Assembly: GCA_964016885.1 (NCBI GenBank)
Contig: OZ024742.1
Location: forward strand, 137,516,001 to 137,580,000
Length of the DNA: 64,000 bases
Direction: 5' to 3'
Origin: Eledone cirrhosa
Lineage: Eukaryota
Part shown: one piece after another, positions 26,758-44,093 of the stretch
Position numbering within the stretch: position 1 is the stretch's first letter
How the letters are laid out: every line of letters starts with the position of its first letter
Made by a program: the position numbers and the translations under genes
The notes under the pieces: model-generated
Database searches by the model: none
What the model was told of the DNA's origin: nothing
What the model saw: the letters and a program-made list of their open reading frames with translations, nothing else

Positions 26758-26940
26758 GTGGATTGGCAGTACCGGTAGAGAGTCTGGCGTCATGCTTTGT
26801 AGCAAAGTGTTACGGCCCTTTATGGTCTGAGTTCAAATTCCGCCGAGGTTAACTTTGCCTTTCTTCCTTACGGGGTTGATAAAATAAAGCACCAGTAATA
26901 CACTGATATAATTGCTGGCCTCGTGCCCAAAATGGAAACA
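26758..26940 (+). mobile_element. tRNA-type SINE (ATT-target family)
   Basis: gagttcaaattccgccgaggttaactttgcctttc..gaaaca, with TSD att(a/g)ttactgttg. Confidence 0.85.
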
Positions 26941-27089
26941 ATTGTTACTGTTGGTCTTATTCTTCCGCAATTTTCTTTTCAGTTCTGCATGTTTAACCCT
27001 CTCCATTTCAAATACTTTAACTTCATTCCAACTGACATTTTTCCATGCTACTCTCTCCACTGCACGTTGTTCAAGATTTTTGTAGAATA

Positions 27090-28960
27090 TATTAAGGTGT
27101 TTTAAATTGGCTTTTAGAAAGTCTCAATATCACCCCTTTGGCTTACTATCAAACCTTTCGACCAGCTTAAGTTCACCATAAATATTTTTGGGGGAATGCG
27201 TCAGTCACCCATACGAATCATGTGACCTGTTCATCTTAACTGATTCCTAATAAGCATAGTTTGAGTAGATGTACATTTTACCCTAGCAAGAATCTCAAGG
27301 TCTTGAACGAACGTGTTCCAGCTTATCTTGAGTATATCCCGGAGGTATTTTTGCCGAAACAGCTGCTACATGTTAACATGAATTGTGTACAACGTCCACG
27401 TATCGGATGAATACAATAGTCTCCAATGTAATGTGACGTTGTGACCATACTTTAATTTCTAGTACACCAAATGCTTTTGCTGTTTTTTTGTATACAAGAT
27501 GTGATTTCAGTATCCAATTTGCCATCAGTTTGTATCATACTGCCAAGGTATTCGAATAAGGTCACCGTCCTTAGCATTATGCCCTTAAAGAGGGTTTGAG
27601 GTGGAGTTGTCTGCTCCCCAGGTGCTGGTTGATGTATTACAACAGTCTTTTTCAAATTACTTATAAGACTAACCACATCACAAGCAGCGTAGAAACCACT
27701 GATCAGGCTTTGCAAACCCTCCTCAGTGCAACTTATTAGGTCTCAGTCATCTGCATATAGAAGGTCACGGATCAAAGAGGTGAAGAGTTTAGAGTTGAAT
27801 TTCGTTCTAATTGAAAACATTACCTGAAGAGCAATATCGGATAAAGACTCCGTCTGTCGATGATCCAAAGGCATTTCACAGCATCACCGGAAAATAGATT
27901 ATTCCATTTTCCAATGCGAACGGTTCTGAAAGAGTACCAACAAAATCAATACGGGCTTCATATCCATATTAACAAACTTTTCAGAGCAGCCAAATATTTT
28001 CAATATCAACCACAATGGAGTCCTGGTAATAGTGTTGAACGCGTTGTTAGGTCTACAAAGTAGTGATATAACCCCATGTTTTACTCCATGCATTATTTTT
28101 GTAGCTGGTGGATAGTGAAAATCATGTCAACTCTCCCACGAGAGGGGCGAAAACCACACTGTGATTCTGACACAGCTTATGCAACGATGGATTTGTCAAT
28201 TCATTATGAAGAAATACACGACAGTACCTTTCCAACAACTGAAATAGAAATATGCCCCGAAGGCTACTACAGAAATCTTTAGGAACAGACTTAAAAAGTG
28301 ATATTAAATTAGCATCGACCCAGTCCTGTGGCTCTTACTCCGCTCTCCAACAATGCAAAATAATGAGTGATGCATTTCGTTCAGCCTTTGTCTGCCAAAT
28401 TTCAATATTTCTGAAGAGGCAACATCTAGATACGGGAGTATTATTGTTATTTAATTTCTTTACAGTTGTGGTGATGTCATCTACTGAAGGCTCAGAAGAC
28501 ATTTCTTTGATGACTGGAAGGTTGTTCTTTCTCTCAATTATGTCAGTAGTCACACTTGATTGACTGATAATCAGATCAGTGTAGTGCTGCACACTACATT
28601 TTTGTATGGATATGATATCTGTAAAGAGATATTATCCATTAACGGATCTCACAGAGGATATTGCTGTTGCTCTAGGACCAAATACCTCTCTTATGAAAAG
28701 AACGCTTTAAATTATTTGCGGTCTGCAGCTGCTTGTGTTTCATTGGCTTTCTGTTGCCACCAATTTACCTTCATTTGCGAAGAATGATCTGAATTTTGGA
28801 TTTCATAGCCTTAAACATTCTGCTTTTGTTGAAATTTCCGGACTTTACTAGAATGTGTTTACACATCTCTTGTTTTTCATGCAGATGACTGGACACCTCT
28901 ATGTCATTATCAGCAAACAATCATCCACCTTCTTGGAGTTGTAACCCAAATGCTTGATGC
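27090..28960 (-). mobile_element. Degraded RTE-clade LINE (RT region)
   Basis: Minus-strand peptides SQCGFRPSRGRVDMIFTIHQLQK, IRDLLYADD and NLKKTVVIHQPAPG..FEYLGS..LDTEI, with many stops and frameshifts. Confidence 0.8.
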
Positions 28961-29079
28961 AACTTCATCGAGAGTATTGCTCATAAGTCCACCGAGAAAA
29001 CTTTTCAACAACATAGGGGAGTTGAAGCTTGTAGTGTTTATTCTCTTCAGTACTTTAGATCCCGCCTTTCTGATTTTTT

Positions 29080-29440
29080 ACCTCATTGACAAATTTCATT
29101 TTCCCCTAACAAGCCTATGGTACGACATTTTCATTTGTGACGTGTCTTGTGTAGGTGATTCCTAGGATTCTTCTATAACATTTCATCTCCATTGTTTGTA
29201 TCTTCTTTTGCAGTTCTGTGATTAAGGTCCATGACTGACTCACATGTGTTTAGAAAGATGAATGGGACTAACCCACGCATGATTTTTGCATTGCATCTGA
29301 GAGTGGTGTTTCTGTCTTTCCAGAGTGGACTCAATTTGGAAAGTGCCGTGGCTGTTAGAGCACGTCTTGCAAGAAAATCTCAAATCGAAGAAAGCCTTCA
29401 TATTATCCAATGTTTCTGGGAATGTTTTGGAAGAATCTAG
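29080..29440 (-). mobile_element. RTE-like RT C-terminal fragment
   Basis: Minus strand reads SWTLITELQKKIQTMEMKCYRRILGITYTRHVTNENV. Confidence 0.65.
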
Positions 29441-32009
29441 TCGTGTATAATTGAAGGGATAAGATTGTTAAATATCTCACCAAAGCCAATGTGACGATGG
29501 AAGCAGCAGAACATTTCTTAAATGGATCTGAACCTTTTATGGGGTGACTAGTAATATGTTAATTGAAAGTGCGTTGGATTTGTTCGAATCAGGAATACAA
29601 AAACGGAAATTAAAATTCATTCTCCTCTTCGTGGGATATTAAAAATTCTGAGTCATATACTCGTTTGTACATTATTGTACTCCATTCAACGCTTGGTTGA
29701 GTTAAGAAATAATTTTAATGATGCACAACATTGGTTTCTATAAAATGGTAAGATATTCTTATATTCAGAAAATATTAACAATGCATTTTGAGTTTAGCTC
29801 ACTTTTTCATACATTGTCGTATTACGTGGAAATGAATCATGGGATATTAGACTAAAGGGCAATTTTTGAACAGTTCCTACACGATTTATCTTTTTTGTGA
29901 GGAACCAAATTTCTATTCACATATCATTTAGATATTTACCAGTCTTATCTAAATGGATAATATTTGTTCATGAATTTTGTTATGCTAAACCTAAGAGAAA
30001 ACTATTTGAGGATCTAATTCCAGTCTATTGCATATATCAATCATATGTGAACTAGTACCTTATACCTACTTAGGTTTTACTCAAAGTAGAGGCAGTACAA
30101 CCGGTGTTATTGCTGCTCTCTTTGTAGTCAAGTACTTAATCAACTCTGACAAAGATCTACGAACAAAAGCCATCTTGGCAAGACCTTATCATTTTACCAT
30201 TGGGCAACGTGTAGCTAAGAATAAAACAACAATTGTGTTTCTCCCCTTTCAAGAACGTAGATTATTATTGAGGTAGATTTGGCTGCAATTTATAGATCAT
30301 AGTCATTCTTTATAGCTCATAAAACTCTAACTTCATGTCTATCGTTTTCTAGATGATCATGTTACCCATTATAGTAGTTCGCGGCGGAAACGTTATGCAT
30401 GCAATTGGATATCGACTTAGCCAGATGAACGTTTGTCACTCAATTGCTTAAAGCTACAGAAGCGAAATAAATGCAGAGGATATATCGATTAATATATACT
30501 ACAGGATAAATCAATATCTAACTAGGTTTAGGTCGGTTATGTAGATAATGCAATAGTGTCGTGTATCCTCTGATTTCTTATTCCAAATTATGGGATAAGC
30601 CATATTGTCCAGCTATATAGATCAAATAAGTAGTAAATACATACAACGGCGCAACTATATTTCTTGCCTCGAATGTGTAACCATTTGTCAATGTTACAAA
30701 CAATATTTTTGATACTTTGTAAAATTTACCAAACGAATTAAATAAATATATTTCATATAATATTCACAACAATGGAAGATTAAACTTTACAACAATACAC
30801 AAGGAGAGCATTGTGAAATTTGAAAGTGTTTTCGTAGGTTGTGGCAATTATTTTTACCCATTACCGTGGTAATGTTAACAGAGAAATTAGATTCTAGTTT
30901 GACGTTTACCTCAATCTTCTTTTGATAAATGCAAACTATTTACTCCTGCAATTAACATAACAATATATTGCAGTCCCCAACATAGAGAAGGTCCGGAAGG
31001 AAGGAAACCTTGATTAAGGGTAACTGGAAAGTTGCAACCCTTACAGATGATAGGGCATCTGCCAGATCAATTGAAGACGGTTGCTTGAGGACTCTGGCAA
31101 ATAAAACGACTAGCCGCATCCTTTTTGTGTTGCTCGTTGCCTGATTAACACGTTTCTGTTGGATGTTCTTTGGGACTATGCCTTCGCCATTTTGTCCAGA
31201 CACAACTGAAATGTACCTCCTAGTTTTGTGTAAATATTCTGCCGCTCCCCCAATTTTCCTAACTTTAGCTATTTAATTTTTTTTTCATTGCACGTGTTAT
31301 ATGTTGCAATAGAATTTGTTGAATGAATGTCGGTCTTTGGATACCCCTTTTAATCTAATTTTGTTTAATTATTTTCTATTAATTTTAATTCTTTTCGAAT
31401 CACTTCTATTTATATTTTCTATATTTTTTTAGTGTGAATTTTTACTGATTAGACTTTCCTCCTGCTATTTTATACTAATTAACTATATTTTTTATATCTG
31501 TTCTCTTAAATAATTAATTTTTAATTTTTATAAAACTTTTCCCCATTTCTTTCCATGTTACTACTTACCTCGATAATTTTAAATTAACCATAATAAATAC
31601 AATTTTACCTTTTTATCTCCCCTTGTTATGAATCATACCCCTGTTATTCACTCTTCTGACTACATTCGAATTAATCCATCTTTTTTTTTTCTTGTTTCAT
31701 AACATTATACTGCTCGCAGCCTTAATTGACCATTTAAAAAAAAACATATCACAAGAATCCGGGCACATTTAATCCAAGTATTGGGTTTATTGTAGCCTTT
31801 TTTTTTTCAGTGACATGGATTGTTATCTTTTAATATTTTCTTTTTGGCTCCTAAGAAAGAATTTTATCGAAGAGTTATGTTTACTGTACAAACATCGATA
31901 GTAAAATTGATTATGTGCACGTTAATAATTTAGTTCCCGAAGCAATTTGTCAGCCAGTAAATGTAATTTTTCAAAATTCTGATGTTGTTCTCTCTGATAT
32001 TTGATATTT

Positions 32010-32064
<55 letters not shown>

Positions 32065-32404
32065 AATATGTATCATTTATATTAGGCTATTTACCAATGG
32101 GAAGAAGCAGTGGCACCAACACTTCATTATAATCTTTCCCCTCACCTATCACACATACCAAAACATTCCTTCTAGCGAAACCACCAATCAAAACAAATTT
32201 GAATGACCACCATAAATGAATGTGAATTGTTATATTCTTTTTCTACGCCCTAAGAGGTCCATTCTGTCATTATCACAACAGAAGTCCGACGAACTTTTAA
32301 TTCCAGAGTCAGGCTAGATCGATATAGATAGAACCTTCACCTGATCAATAGAAAATCGCCCGTCACTATTCTATAAATGTAATGAAGACATAACAAATCG
32401 TCAT

Positions 32405-33082
32405 TTTTTGTTATTGTTCTTTGAGTCTCCGTCATTGATGTTATTTAATTGGAAAGTTTGTTGAAATGAATATCAAACCAGTACCTGCAGCCTCAGATAT
32501 TCAGGACGTATCTGAGGGTTTTTGCTGTTCCCAGCAAGCATGCCTTTTGAAGTGTTCCAAAAAAGCGGGTCTGGACTAATCTTCTTTAACCATCCTTGGA
32601 AACTCTTTGAGATAGCACCTAGTGCGCCTATGACAATCGGAACGATCTTGATTTCATGGCAGTTCCAAATCCTTTTTAACTCCCACTTTAAATCTGGGCA
32701 TTGGTTAATTTTCTCCCTCTCCTTTACTTGCACTCTCGTGTCAAATGGGCAGGCTACATCTACAATCAGGCACGATCTTTTTTCCTTGTCCAAAACCATC
32801 AGGTCAGGCCTATTGTGTTTTAATGTCTTGTCCGTCTGCATCCTAAAATCCTCAGGCAAAGACAAACAACAAAGGGGATAAACTATCTCATTGGAAGATA
32901 CCTCTATTGATCTTCACGCCTCCCAAGGATTATCCACCTGATGTTAACTCTATTTCCTAGGACTTCATACTTTTGCTTAATAGCTGTCTGATGTTATCTG
33001 CCCCCTTGAAGATATCTAGGCTTTTGGTTATCCAAGAATGAGGTACCATGTCGAATGACTTTTTGTAATCTATCCATCCCAT
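32405..33082 (-). mobile_element. R4/Dong-type RLE retrotransposon, family A, internally deleted
   Basis: RT piece MGWIDYKKSFDMVPHSWI..RGIFQ*DSLSPLLF is joined at about 32850 to RLE piece QTDKTLKHNRPDLMVLDK..IVDVACPFD..EK..IVIGALG. Confidence 0.85.
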
Positions 33083-33101
33083 TATTATTATTATTAGGAT
33101 G

Positions 33102-33285
33102 TGCGGTGGATTGGCAGTATCAGTAGAGGGTCGGACGCCATGCTTTCCAGCATAGTTACGTCCCTTTACGATCTGAGTTCAAATCCCGCCAAGGTTGACT
33201 TTGCCTTTCATCCTTACGGGGTCGATAAAATAAAGTACCAGTAATGCACTGGGTAATTGCTGATCTTGTGCCTAAAGTAGAAACA
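33102..33285 (+). mobile_element. tRNA-type SINE (ATT-target family)
   Basis: Full body flanked by TSD attattattattaggatg (33084-33101 and 33286-33303). Confidence 0.9.
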
Positions 33286-33324
33286 ATTATTATTATTAGG
33301 ATGATTATTATTATTATTATTATT

Positions 33325-36300
33325 GTTACATTTATCTTGCTTTATGTTCATACGAGTTATCACCAAGTTACAACCAGTGACCTCAAGAGACAACAAGGTC
33401 CGCCATATTCAAGAAAGAACATACATACACACACATGCATATTTAGTTGTTTAGACTTGTGATGTACTTATATTGACACAATCTTCCTTAGTATATAGGC
33501 AGTTCCCATTAGTACTATCTTTTGTATTTCTCCTATACGCGGGTTTCCTGGGATTTGCGATAAGTAATCATTAGACCCCTTAGGTATCATTCCTAGAGCG
33601 CCTACAACCACTGGTATTGTTTTAGTTCTCAATTTCCACATTTTTCCAATTTCTCTCTCCAGGTCCTTATACTTGCTCAATTTTTCAAATGTTTTTGTAA
33701 ATACATTCTTGTCTATTGGACAGACATATCAATTAGCAGGCATACCCTCTTTTGAAAGTCCTTCAGTATTATATCAGGGCTATTTGCATCTGTTTTTCGG
33801 TCTGTTTGGATGCTAAAGTTCCACAAGATTGAGATGTGATCTTTTTCAAGTATGGGAGGTGGTTGATGTTCCCACCTATTCTTTTGATGGGACAGGTCAA
33901 AATGCTTACACATTATCCAATGTATGTATTGTGCAGCTCTGTAATGCCTGTTTAGGTATTCGGTTGGAGCTATAGGAGTGCACATTGAAATCATATGATC
34001 AATGGTCACTGGTTGTTTTTTTACATACACGGCATAATGGGTTGCATCCATTTTTTATTATGTTGGCTTGGTAATTTTTTGTTGGCAGACACTGATCTTG
34101 TGCCGATATGATCAGTCCTTCCGTCTCCGATTTCAGTCCAGAGGATGCCAACCACTGATGGGTTAAACTTTTGTCAACATCAGGATTGTTAGCTCGTTCT
34201 GGGTATTTTCCATACAGAGGCTTTTCTTGCCATTTCTTAGCCAGTTTCTGTAGCAGTTCTTTCTTTGCAGTTACTTTTACCGGCTTTGCTTTTTCTGTGT
34301 TTTCCATTTCAGCAGCAAATGGGACTTCTGAAATTTGTAATCCATTACTGTATCTTTGCGCATCTTTTGTAATGGAATATGATCTTTTGATGCTTTCGTG
34401 TTTCAAAACGAGTTTGATCATCCAATCATGTGATTCCCTTAGATATGTAGATAATCCAATTGTTGCAGTTTTCAACGCAATGTCTAACTGGTTTAACCCA
34501 TGTCCTCCTCCTTTCCTAGGGAGATATATTCTATCTGTATCTGCCTTAGGGTGATGCATTCTGTGCATGGTTAAGAATTTTCGAATTTTTGTATCGAGCC
34601 TACGGATCTCTGTGCTTGACCAGTTGATGGCATTGTAACTGTAGGTTACTACTGGTATGGCAAGCGTGTTTATGGCATCGATCCTATTCCTTGCATTCAA
34701 TTCCGTTCTTAAGATTGCTCTTACTCTGCGGTAACATTCCTTCCTTATCCTTTACCACATTGTCGAGTGCTTGATTCCGTCTCCTTCACAAACACCTAGA
34801 TATTTGTAAGTTTCCTCTTGATCAAGTTCTCTTATCACATTTCCCCGATCAAGATTAATGTCTGAACTCTTCAGCAGCTTTCCTCTGGTGAACGTTGCTT
34901 TGGCGCATTTATCTAGTCCAAGCTCCATTTTAATGTCATCACTCCATTTTAATGGCTCCACAGTGGATAATAGCCCTTGCAATTCTTCATCATTTTTTGC
35001 AAATAGTTTCAGGTCATCTATGTAGAACAATTAATTAATGGTTTTGTCATAGACTATATCCATGCTTTGCTTCATTGAGCATTTTACTTAATGGTATAAG
35101 TGCGATGCAGAATAAAAGCGGTGATAAAGAGTCACCCTGAAAAATTCCACAATTAATATTAACTTCTCCAGCTTCCAGTGATTTTGTTTCACTATTCAAA
35201 AGGAGTGTCGTTGTCCATGTCTTCATACTGAATGACAAAAACCTCCTGAGAACGGGAGATATTTTGAAAATCTCTAAACATTTTTCAATCTAACTGTGTC
35301 GCAAACTATCGAATGCTTTTTTATAATCTATTCAAGCAATTGATAGATTTTTGTGTCTATTATGACAATCTTCCAGTATCATTTTGTTAACCAAAAGCTG
35401 ATCCTTACAGCCATATCAGCCTCGTTTACACCCTTTCTGCTCAATGGGAAATAGGTCATTTGTTATCAGGTGGTCATATGTGTATTCAGTTAGGACTGAT
35501 GTTAAAATTTTATACATTGTGGTCAAGCAAGTTATCCGTCTGTAATTTTGGGGATTGTTTGTCTCATCATTCTTCGGAAGCAGGAATGTAATGCCGTTAA
35601 CTAGCCATGATGGTATATTTTTCTGGCTCCTTAACTATTTCATTGTAAAGTTGGGCTAACAGCTCGAGACTCTGTGAAGGCATTTATCCAAAAAATGTGT
35701 ATTTTGTCTTTTCCTGGGGATTTCCATTTGCTGGTTTTTCTTAGACCCAAACGCAAATGTTCAACTGTTATATTTTCCCATATCTGTTCCTCGGGGTGAG
35801 CTGTATCTTTTATTTGTCTGTCTATCCATGGGGCATGTATATTATGAATTTTTTCTTCGGCCCAGATCTTTTCCCAGAATTCTTGCACTTCCTCCTTGGG
35901 TGGTATTGATTTAGCAGTTATTGTTGATTTACCAATTTTTCTGTAGAAGTTTCTTTGGTTGTTTTTTAACATATTATTGTCCTTATAGAATCTAGATCGT
36001 TTTTCAAAGCGCCTTATACGAGCAGCTTTGGCCGACACTTTTTGCTTGTTTATTTCTATCAGCATGTCTATGTCACTTGTTGATTTTATACTGTACTTTC
36101 TTTTCAATTTTCTAAGTTTAATTTGTTTAACATGTTCACCTACTTTATAGTTTGTTAACATTTCTATGTCAGATCGGAGAAGGTTTATTTGGCGATTGAT
36201 GTTCTCTTGCCAAGTAGATTTTTTGAGGGAATTCTTTTTGTTTTTTCATCTTCACTCCACATAAGTGAGTGGTGACTTTAGCCGATGCATAATAGAGATG

Positions 36301-37290
36301 ATTTAAATCAGTAATGTTTAGTTTGTTTGTGATGATAATGTTTTTGAGAATTATGTTAGTCTTGTGTATTATCTTTTGGTTCTGTTTGGAGTTCTGGATC
36401 TTAGGGAGGGTGTCTCGTTCCCCTATGTCAGATTCTTTCATTTTCATCCATTCGATCATAATTTCATCCTTCAAGTTGGCAAGTTCATTCTCATTCATTT
36501 CTTTATCATTTACGATCTCATTGTTTTCATTTGGAGTTTCATCTTGAGCATGCACTTCCTCCACTTTTTCGATCCTTTCTTTAATTTGTTCTGTTGTCAG
36601 TGATTCCGCCTCAACCCTGGGATTCGAGGTGTTACAATTTACCTCGTTTTCACTGACACATGTTTCATTTTCCCTTCGCTGACTTTGTGCTAATAGCTTG
36701 ATCTGATCAATTTCTATATCAGTTAGTAACTTTTTTTTTACAATATTTCTTCGTATATTGGCTAGTTTGTTACTGTCAATATAGCCTCTGTTTTCGGGAT
36801 GTTTCTTTTTCCAGTTGATATATATCTGTTCTGTATTCGATGTATTTGATGGGTAGTTCATTGCAGTGTAGAAAGCCTCAAGGACTTCTTTATTATCTTC
36901 CCTTGACCATTTTTCTCTCTTTTTCTTTGGATTTCTTGGTGGTGAGCATGGAGGGCCAACAGTAGGAGTATTCCGGTTATGGGAGGTCTCCAGCTCCGAT
37001 ATGATGAGAAGGTTTGAACCATTAGCTGATTTTTCGACCCAGTCTGGTTCCTCTCTGAGGGACGCGGCCCTTTTTGAACCGGGTGACGGCCGATCCGGTA
37101 TGAGATTTTATCATTAGACATTTACTTTATTTTGTCGCGTTTTATCCTTATCCGCCAAGGGGTAATCATTTCGTGTTACCACTTCTAGAACGAGTGTCAA
37201 CCAAGACTAGAGGGGTCGTCCTCCCCTAGAGACACGGCTATTCCCCGCCGGCCGCCATCCCGGTATTTCTTAGTCACGGGGTTTTCTTTT
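33325..37290 (-). mobile_element. R4/Dong-type RLE retrotransposon, family B, near full length, frameshifted
   Basis: A single ORF broken into pieces from 37121 to 33468: RT motifs GIFQGDSLSPLLF and FYIDDLKL, a CRVC..H..C knuckle, an RLE (PD..D..K) domain, and a (TAA)n 3' flank. The 5' boundary is uncertain. Confidence 0.92.
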
Positions 37291-38257
37291 TTGTTGTTTT
37301 TTTAAATTGTTATTATCATGAGTGGTTCCTTAATGTGAGCATTGCGTGGCTTAAGAATGAAGTTAATAATAATATAATATACTTTTTCCTGAAGTTGCCT
37401 CTTATTGTTGTTGGCTATGTCGGTGGTGGTGCTGGGGCTTTTTCTATTGTTGGTGGGGAAGGGGGGGAGCCAGCAGTGCCATAGTCGTTGACGTTTGGCA
37501 GGTGGCCGGGTCACTAAGTCAATCTATTTATATCTTTTGCTAGCCTCTCCCTTGTCTAGTGATACCTCCACCTTCCCCTTTCTTAAGTTAAAAGAAGGTA
37601 ATGGGGGAATAGTGGTGGTAACAATGAAGGAGTGGTGGCGGCGGTGATGGGATAGTGGTGGCAATGATGGATGGAGTGGTGGCGGCGGTGACTATAGTGA
37701 TGGCGTTGGCGTTACTGAGTGTTGTTGAATAGACTGTAGTTTTGATTGATGTGTATCTATGCGTTTGCCGTGTATGTTTAATATATGTGTTGACATATTT
37801 TCTTAATATTAGAATTAAACATCTTGTTAAAACTTGAGACAATAATAATAGTAATTATTATTATTATGCTGAGATTGGTGGTGGTGGTGGTGAATTGCCG
37901 TTATCTGGCTGTTGTATTTAGTGTACACAGAGGGGTGATGGGATAGGTGGTGTATCTAGTTTCTGGTGTTGGTGAAATTGCTGTTATTTGGCTGTTCTAT
38001 ATAGTGTAGACAGAGGGGGTTTTCTTCCATTTATAACCATTTTCTTTTTTGAATATGAAATGTATAATACAAAATTGAATATTTGAGCGATATAACAATA
38101 TATTATGGATCCGAATTTTTCTGAGACTTGAGTCGGATCCTTTATGTATCATTTGTACTAAGAATTGTTATTTCGCAATTGATTTAAATATGTTAAAAAT
38201 CAAAAACTTACGGGAGCGATTTCATGACCTTCTAACCACCACGTGCGTCTTCTTCCC

Positions 38258-40974
<2,717 letters not shown>

Positions 40975-43952
40975 TGCATTTATCTTGCTTTATGTTTATA
41001 CGAGTTATCACCAAGTCACAACCAGTGACCTCAAGAGACAACAAGGTCCGCCATGTTCAAGAAAGAACATACATATCCACACATGCATCCTTAGTGTTTA
41101 GACTTGTGATGTACTTATATTGACAGGATCTTCCTTAGTATATGGGCAGTTCCCATTAGTACTATCTTTTGTATTTCTCCTATACGCGGGTTTCCTGGGA
41201 TTTGCGATATGTAATCATGAGACCCCTTAGGTATCATTCCCAGAGCGCCTACAACCACTGGTATTGTTTTAGTTCTCAATTTCCACATTTTTCCAATTTC
41301 TATCTCCAGGTCCTTATACTTGCTCAATTTTTCAAATGTTTTTATAGATACATTCTTGTCTATTGGAACAGACATATCAATTAGCAGGCATACCCTCCTT
41401 TGAAAGTCCTTCAATATTATATCAGGTCTATTTGCATCTATTTTTCGGTTTGTTTGGATGCTAAAGTTCCACAAGATTGAGATGTGATCTTTTTCAAGTA
41501 TGGGAGGTGGTTGATGCTCCCACCTATTCTTTTGATGGGGCAGGCCAAAATGCTTACACATTATCCAATGTATGTATTGTGCAGCTCTGTCATGCCTGTT
41601 TAGGTATTCGGTTGGAGCTATAGGACTGCACATTGAAATTATATGGTCAATGGTCTCTGGTTGTTTTTTGCATACACGGCATAATGGGCTGCACCCATTT
41701 TTTATTATGTTGGCTTGGTAATGTTTTGTTGGCAGACACTGATCTTGTGCGGATATAATCAGTCCTTCAGTCTCCGATTTCAGTCCAAAGGATGCCAACC
41801 ACTGATGGGTTAAAGTTTTGTCAACATCAGGATTGTTAGCTCGCTCTGGGTATTTTCCATACAGAGGCTTTTCTTGCCATTTCTTAGCCAGTTTCTGTAG
41901 CAGTTCTTTCTTCGCAGTTACTTTTACCTGCTTTGCTTTTTCTGTGTTTTCCATTTCAGCAGTAAATGGGACTTCTGAAATTTGTAGTCCATTACTGTAT
42001 CTTTGTGCATCTTTTGTAATGGAATATGATCTTTTGGTGCTTTCGTGTTTCAAAACGAGTTTGATCATCCAATCATGTGATTCCCTTAGATATGTGGATA
42101 ATCCAATTGTTGCAGTTTTCAACGCAATGTCTAACTGGATTAACCCACGTCCTCCTTCTTTCCTAGGGAGATATATTCTATCTATGTCTGCCTTAGGGTG
42201 ATGCATTCTGTGCATGGTTAAGAATTTTCGGATTTTTGTATCGAGCCTACGGATCTCTGTGCTTGACCAGTTGATGACATTGTAACTGTAGGTTACTACT
42301 GGTATGGCAAGCGTGTTTATGGCATCGATCCTATTCCTTGCATTCAATTCCGTTCTTCAGATTGCTCTGACTCTGCGGTAACATTCCTTCCTTATCCTTT
42401 CCCTCATTGTCGAGTGCTTGATTCCGTCTCCTTCACAAACACCTAGATATTTGTAAGTTTTTCCTTGATCAAGCTCTCTTATCACGTTCCCCGATCAAGA
42501 TTAATGTCTGAACTCTTCAGCAGCTTTCCTCTGGTGAACGTTGCTTTGGCGCATTTATCCAGTCCAAACTCCATTTTAATGTCATCACTCAACTGATTCA
42601 CAGTGGATAATAGCCCTTGCAATTGTTCATCATTTTTTGCAAATAGTTTCAGGTCATCCATGTAGAACAGGTTATTAATGGTTTTGTCATAGACTCTATA
42701 TCCATGTTTTGTTTCATTGAGCATTTTACTTAATGGTATAAGTGCGATGCAGAATAAAAGCGTTGATAAAGAGTCACCCTGAAAAATTCCACAATTAATA
42801 TTAACTTCTCCAGCTTCCAGTGATTTTGTTTCACTATTCAAAAGGAGTGTCGTTCTCCATGTCCTCATACTGAATGACAAAAACCTCCTGACAACGGGGG
42901 ATATTTTGAAAATCTCTAAACATTTTTCAATCCAACTGTGTGGCAAACTATCAAATGCTTTTTTATAATCTATCCAAGCAATCGATAGATTTTTGTGTCT
43001 ATTATGACAATCTTCCAGTATCATTTGGTTAACCAGAAGCTGATCCTTACAGCCATATGAGCCTCGTTTTCACCCTTTCTGCTCAATGGGAAATAGGTCA
43101 TTTGTTATCAGGTGGTCATATGTGTATTCAGTTAGGACTGATGTTGAAATGTTATACATTGTGGTCAAGCAGGTTATCGGTCTGTAATTGTTGGGATTGT
43201 TTGTCTCATCATTCTTCGGTAGCAAGAATGTAATGCCGTTAACTAGCCATGATGGTATCTTTTCTGGCTCCTTAACTATTTCATTGTAAAGTTGGGCTAA
43301 CAGCTCATGAGACTCTGTGAAGGCATTTATCCAAAAGTTTTGTATTTTGTCTTTTCCTGGGGATTTCCATTTGCTGGTTTTTCTTAGACCCAAACGCAAA
43401 TGTTCAACTGTTATATTTTCCCATGTTTGTTCTTCAAGGTGAGCTGTTTCTTTCATTTGTCTGTCTATCCATGGGGCATGTATGTTATGAACTTTTTCTT
43501 CGGCCCAGATCTTTTCCCAGAATTCTTGCACTTCCTCCTTGGGTGGTATTGATTTAGCAGTTATTGTTGACTTACCAATTTTTCTGTAGAAGTTTCTTTG
43601 GTTGTTTTTGAACATATTATTGTCCTTATAGAATCTAGATCGTTTTTCAAAGCGCCTTATACGAGCAGCTTTGGCCGACACTTTTTGCTTGATTGTTTTT
43701 ATCAGCATGTCTATGTCACATGTTGATCTTATACTGTACTTTTTTTTCAATTTTCTAAGTTTAGTTTGTTTAACATGTTCACCTACTTTATAGTTTGTTA
43801 AAATTTCTATGTCAGATCGGAGAAGGTTTATTTGGCGATTGATGTTATCTTGCCAAGTAGATTTCTTGTGGGAATTCCTTTGTTTTTTCATCTTCACTCC
43901 ACATAAGTGAGTGGTGACTTTAGCCGATGCATAATAGAGATGATTTAAGTCA
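40975..43952 (-). mobile_element. R4/Dong-type family B, 5'-truncated
   Basis: ORFs 43070-43897, 42482-43024 and 41115-42347 give YRPITCL, WIDYKKAFDS, FYMDDLKL, CRVC..HIISMC and RPDIIL..LIDMSVP. (TAA)n flanks. Confidence 0.93.
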
Positions 43953-44093
43953 TTATTATTATTATTATTATTATTGCATACATATATACATGATGTTCGA
44001 ACAAATGTATGCTTATTTTGATAAGAATGTTTTTGAAGTGTGTATACATTGGGAGGGTGGAGGGGAGCACAACTTGTTATATTTATATATATA

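Noticed and set aside
33160-33200. tRNA gene suggested by gagttcaaatccc
   Set aside because: No cloverleaf. It is the B-box of a multi-copy SINE.
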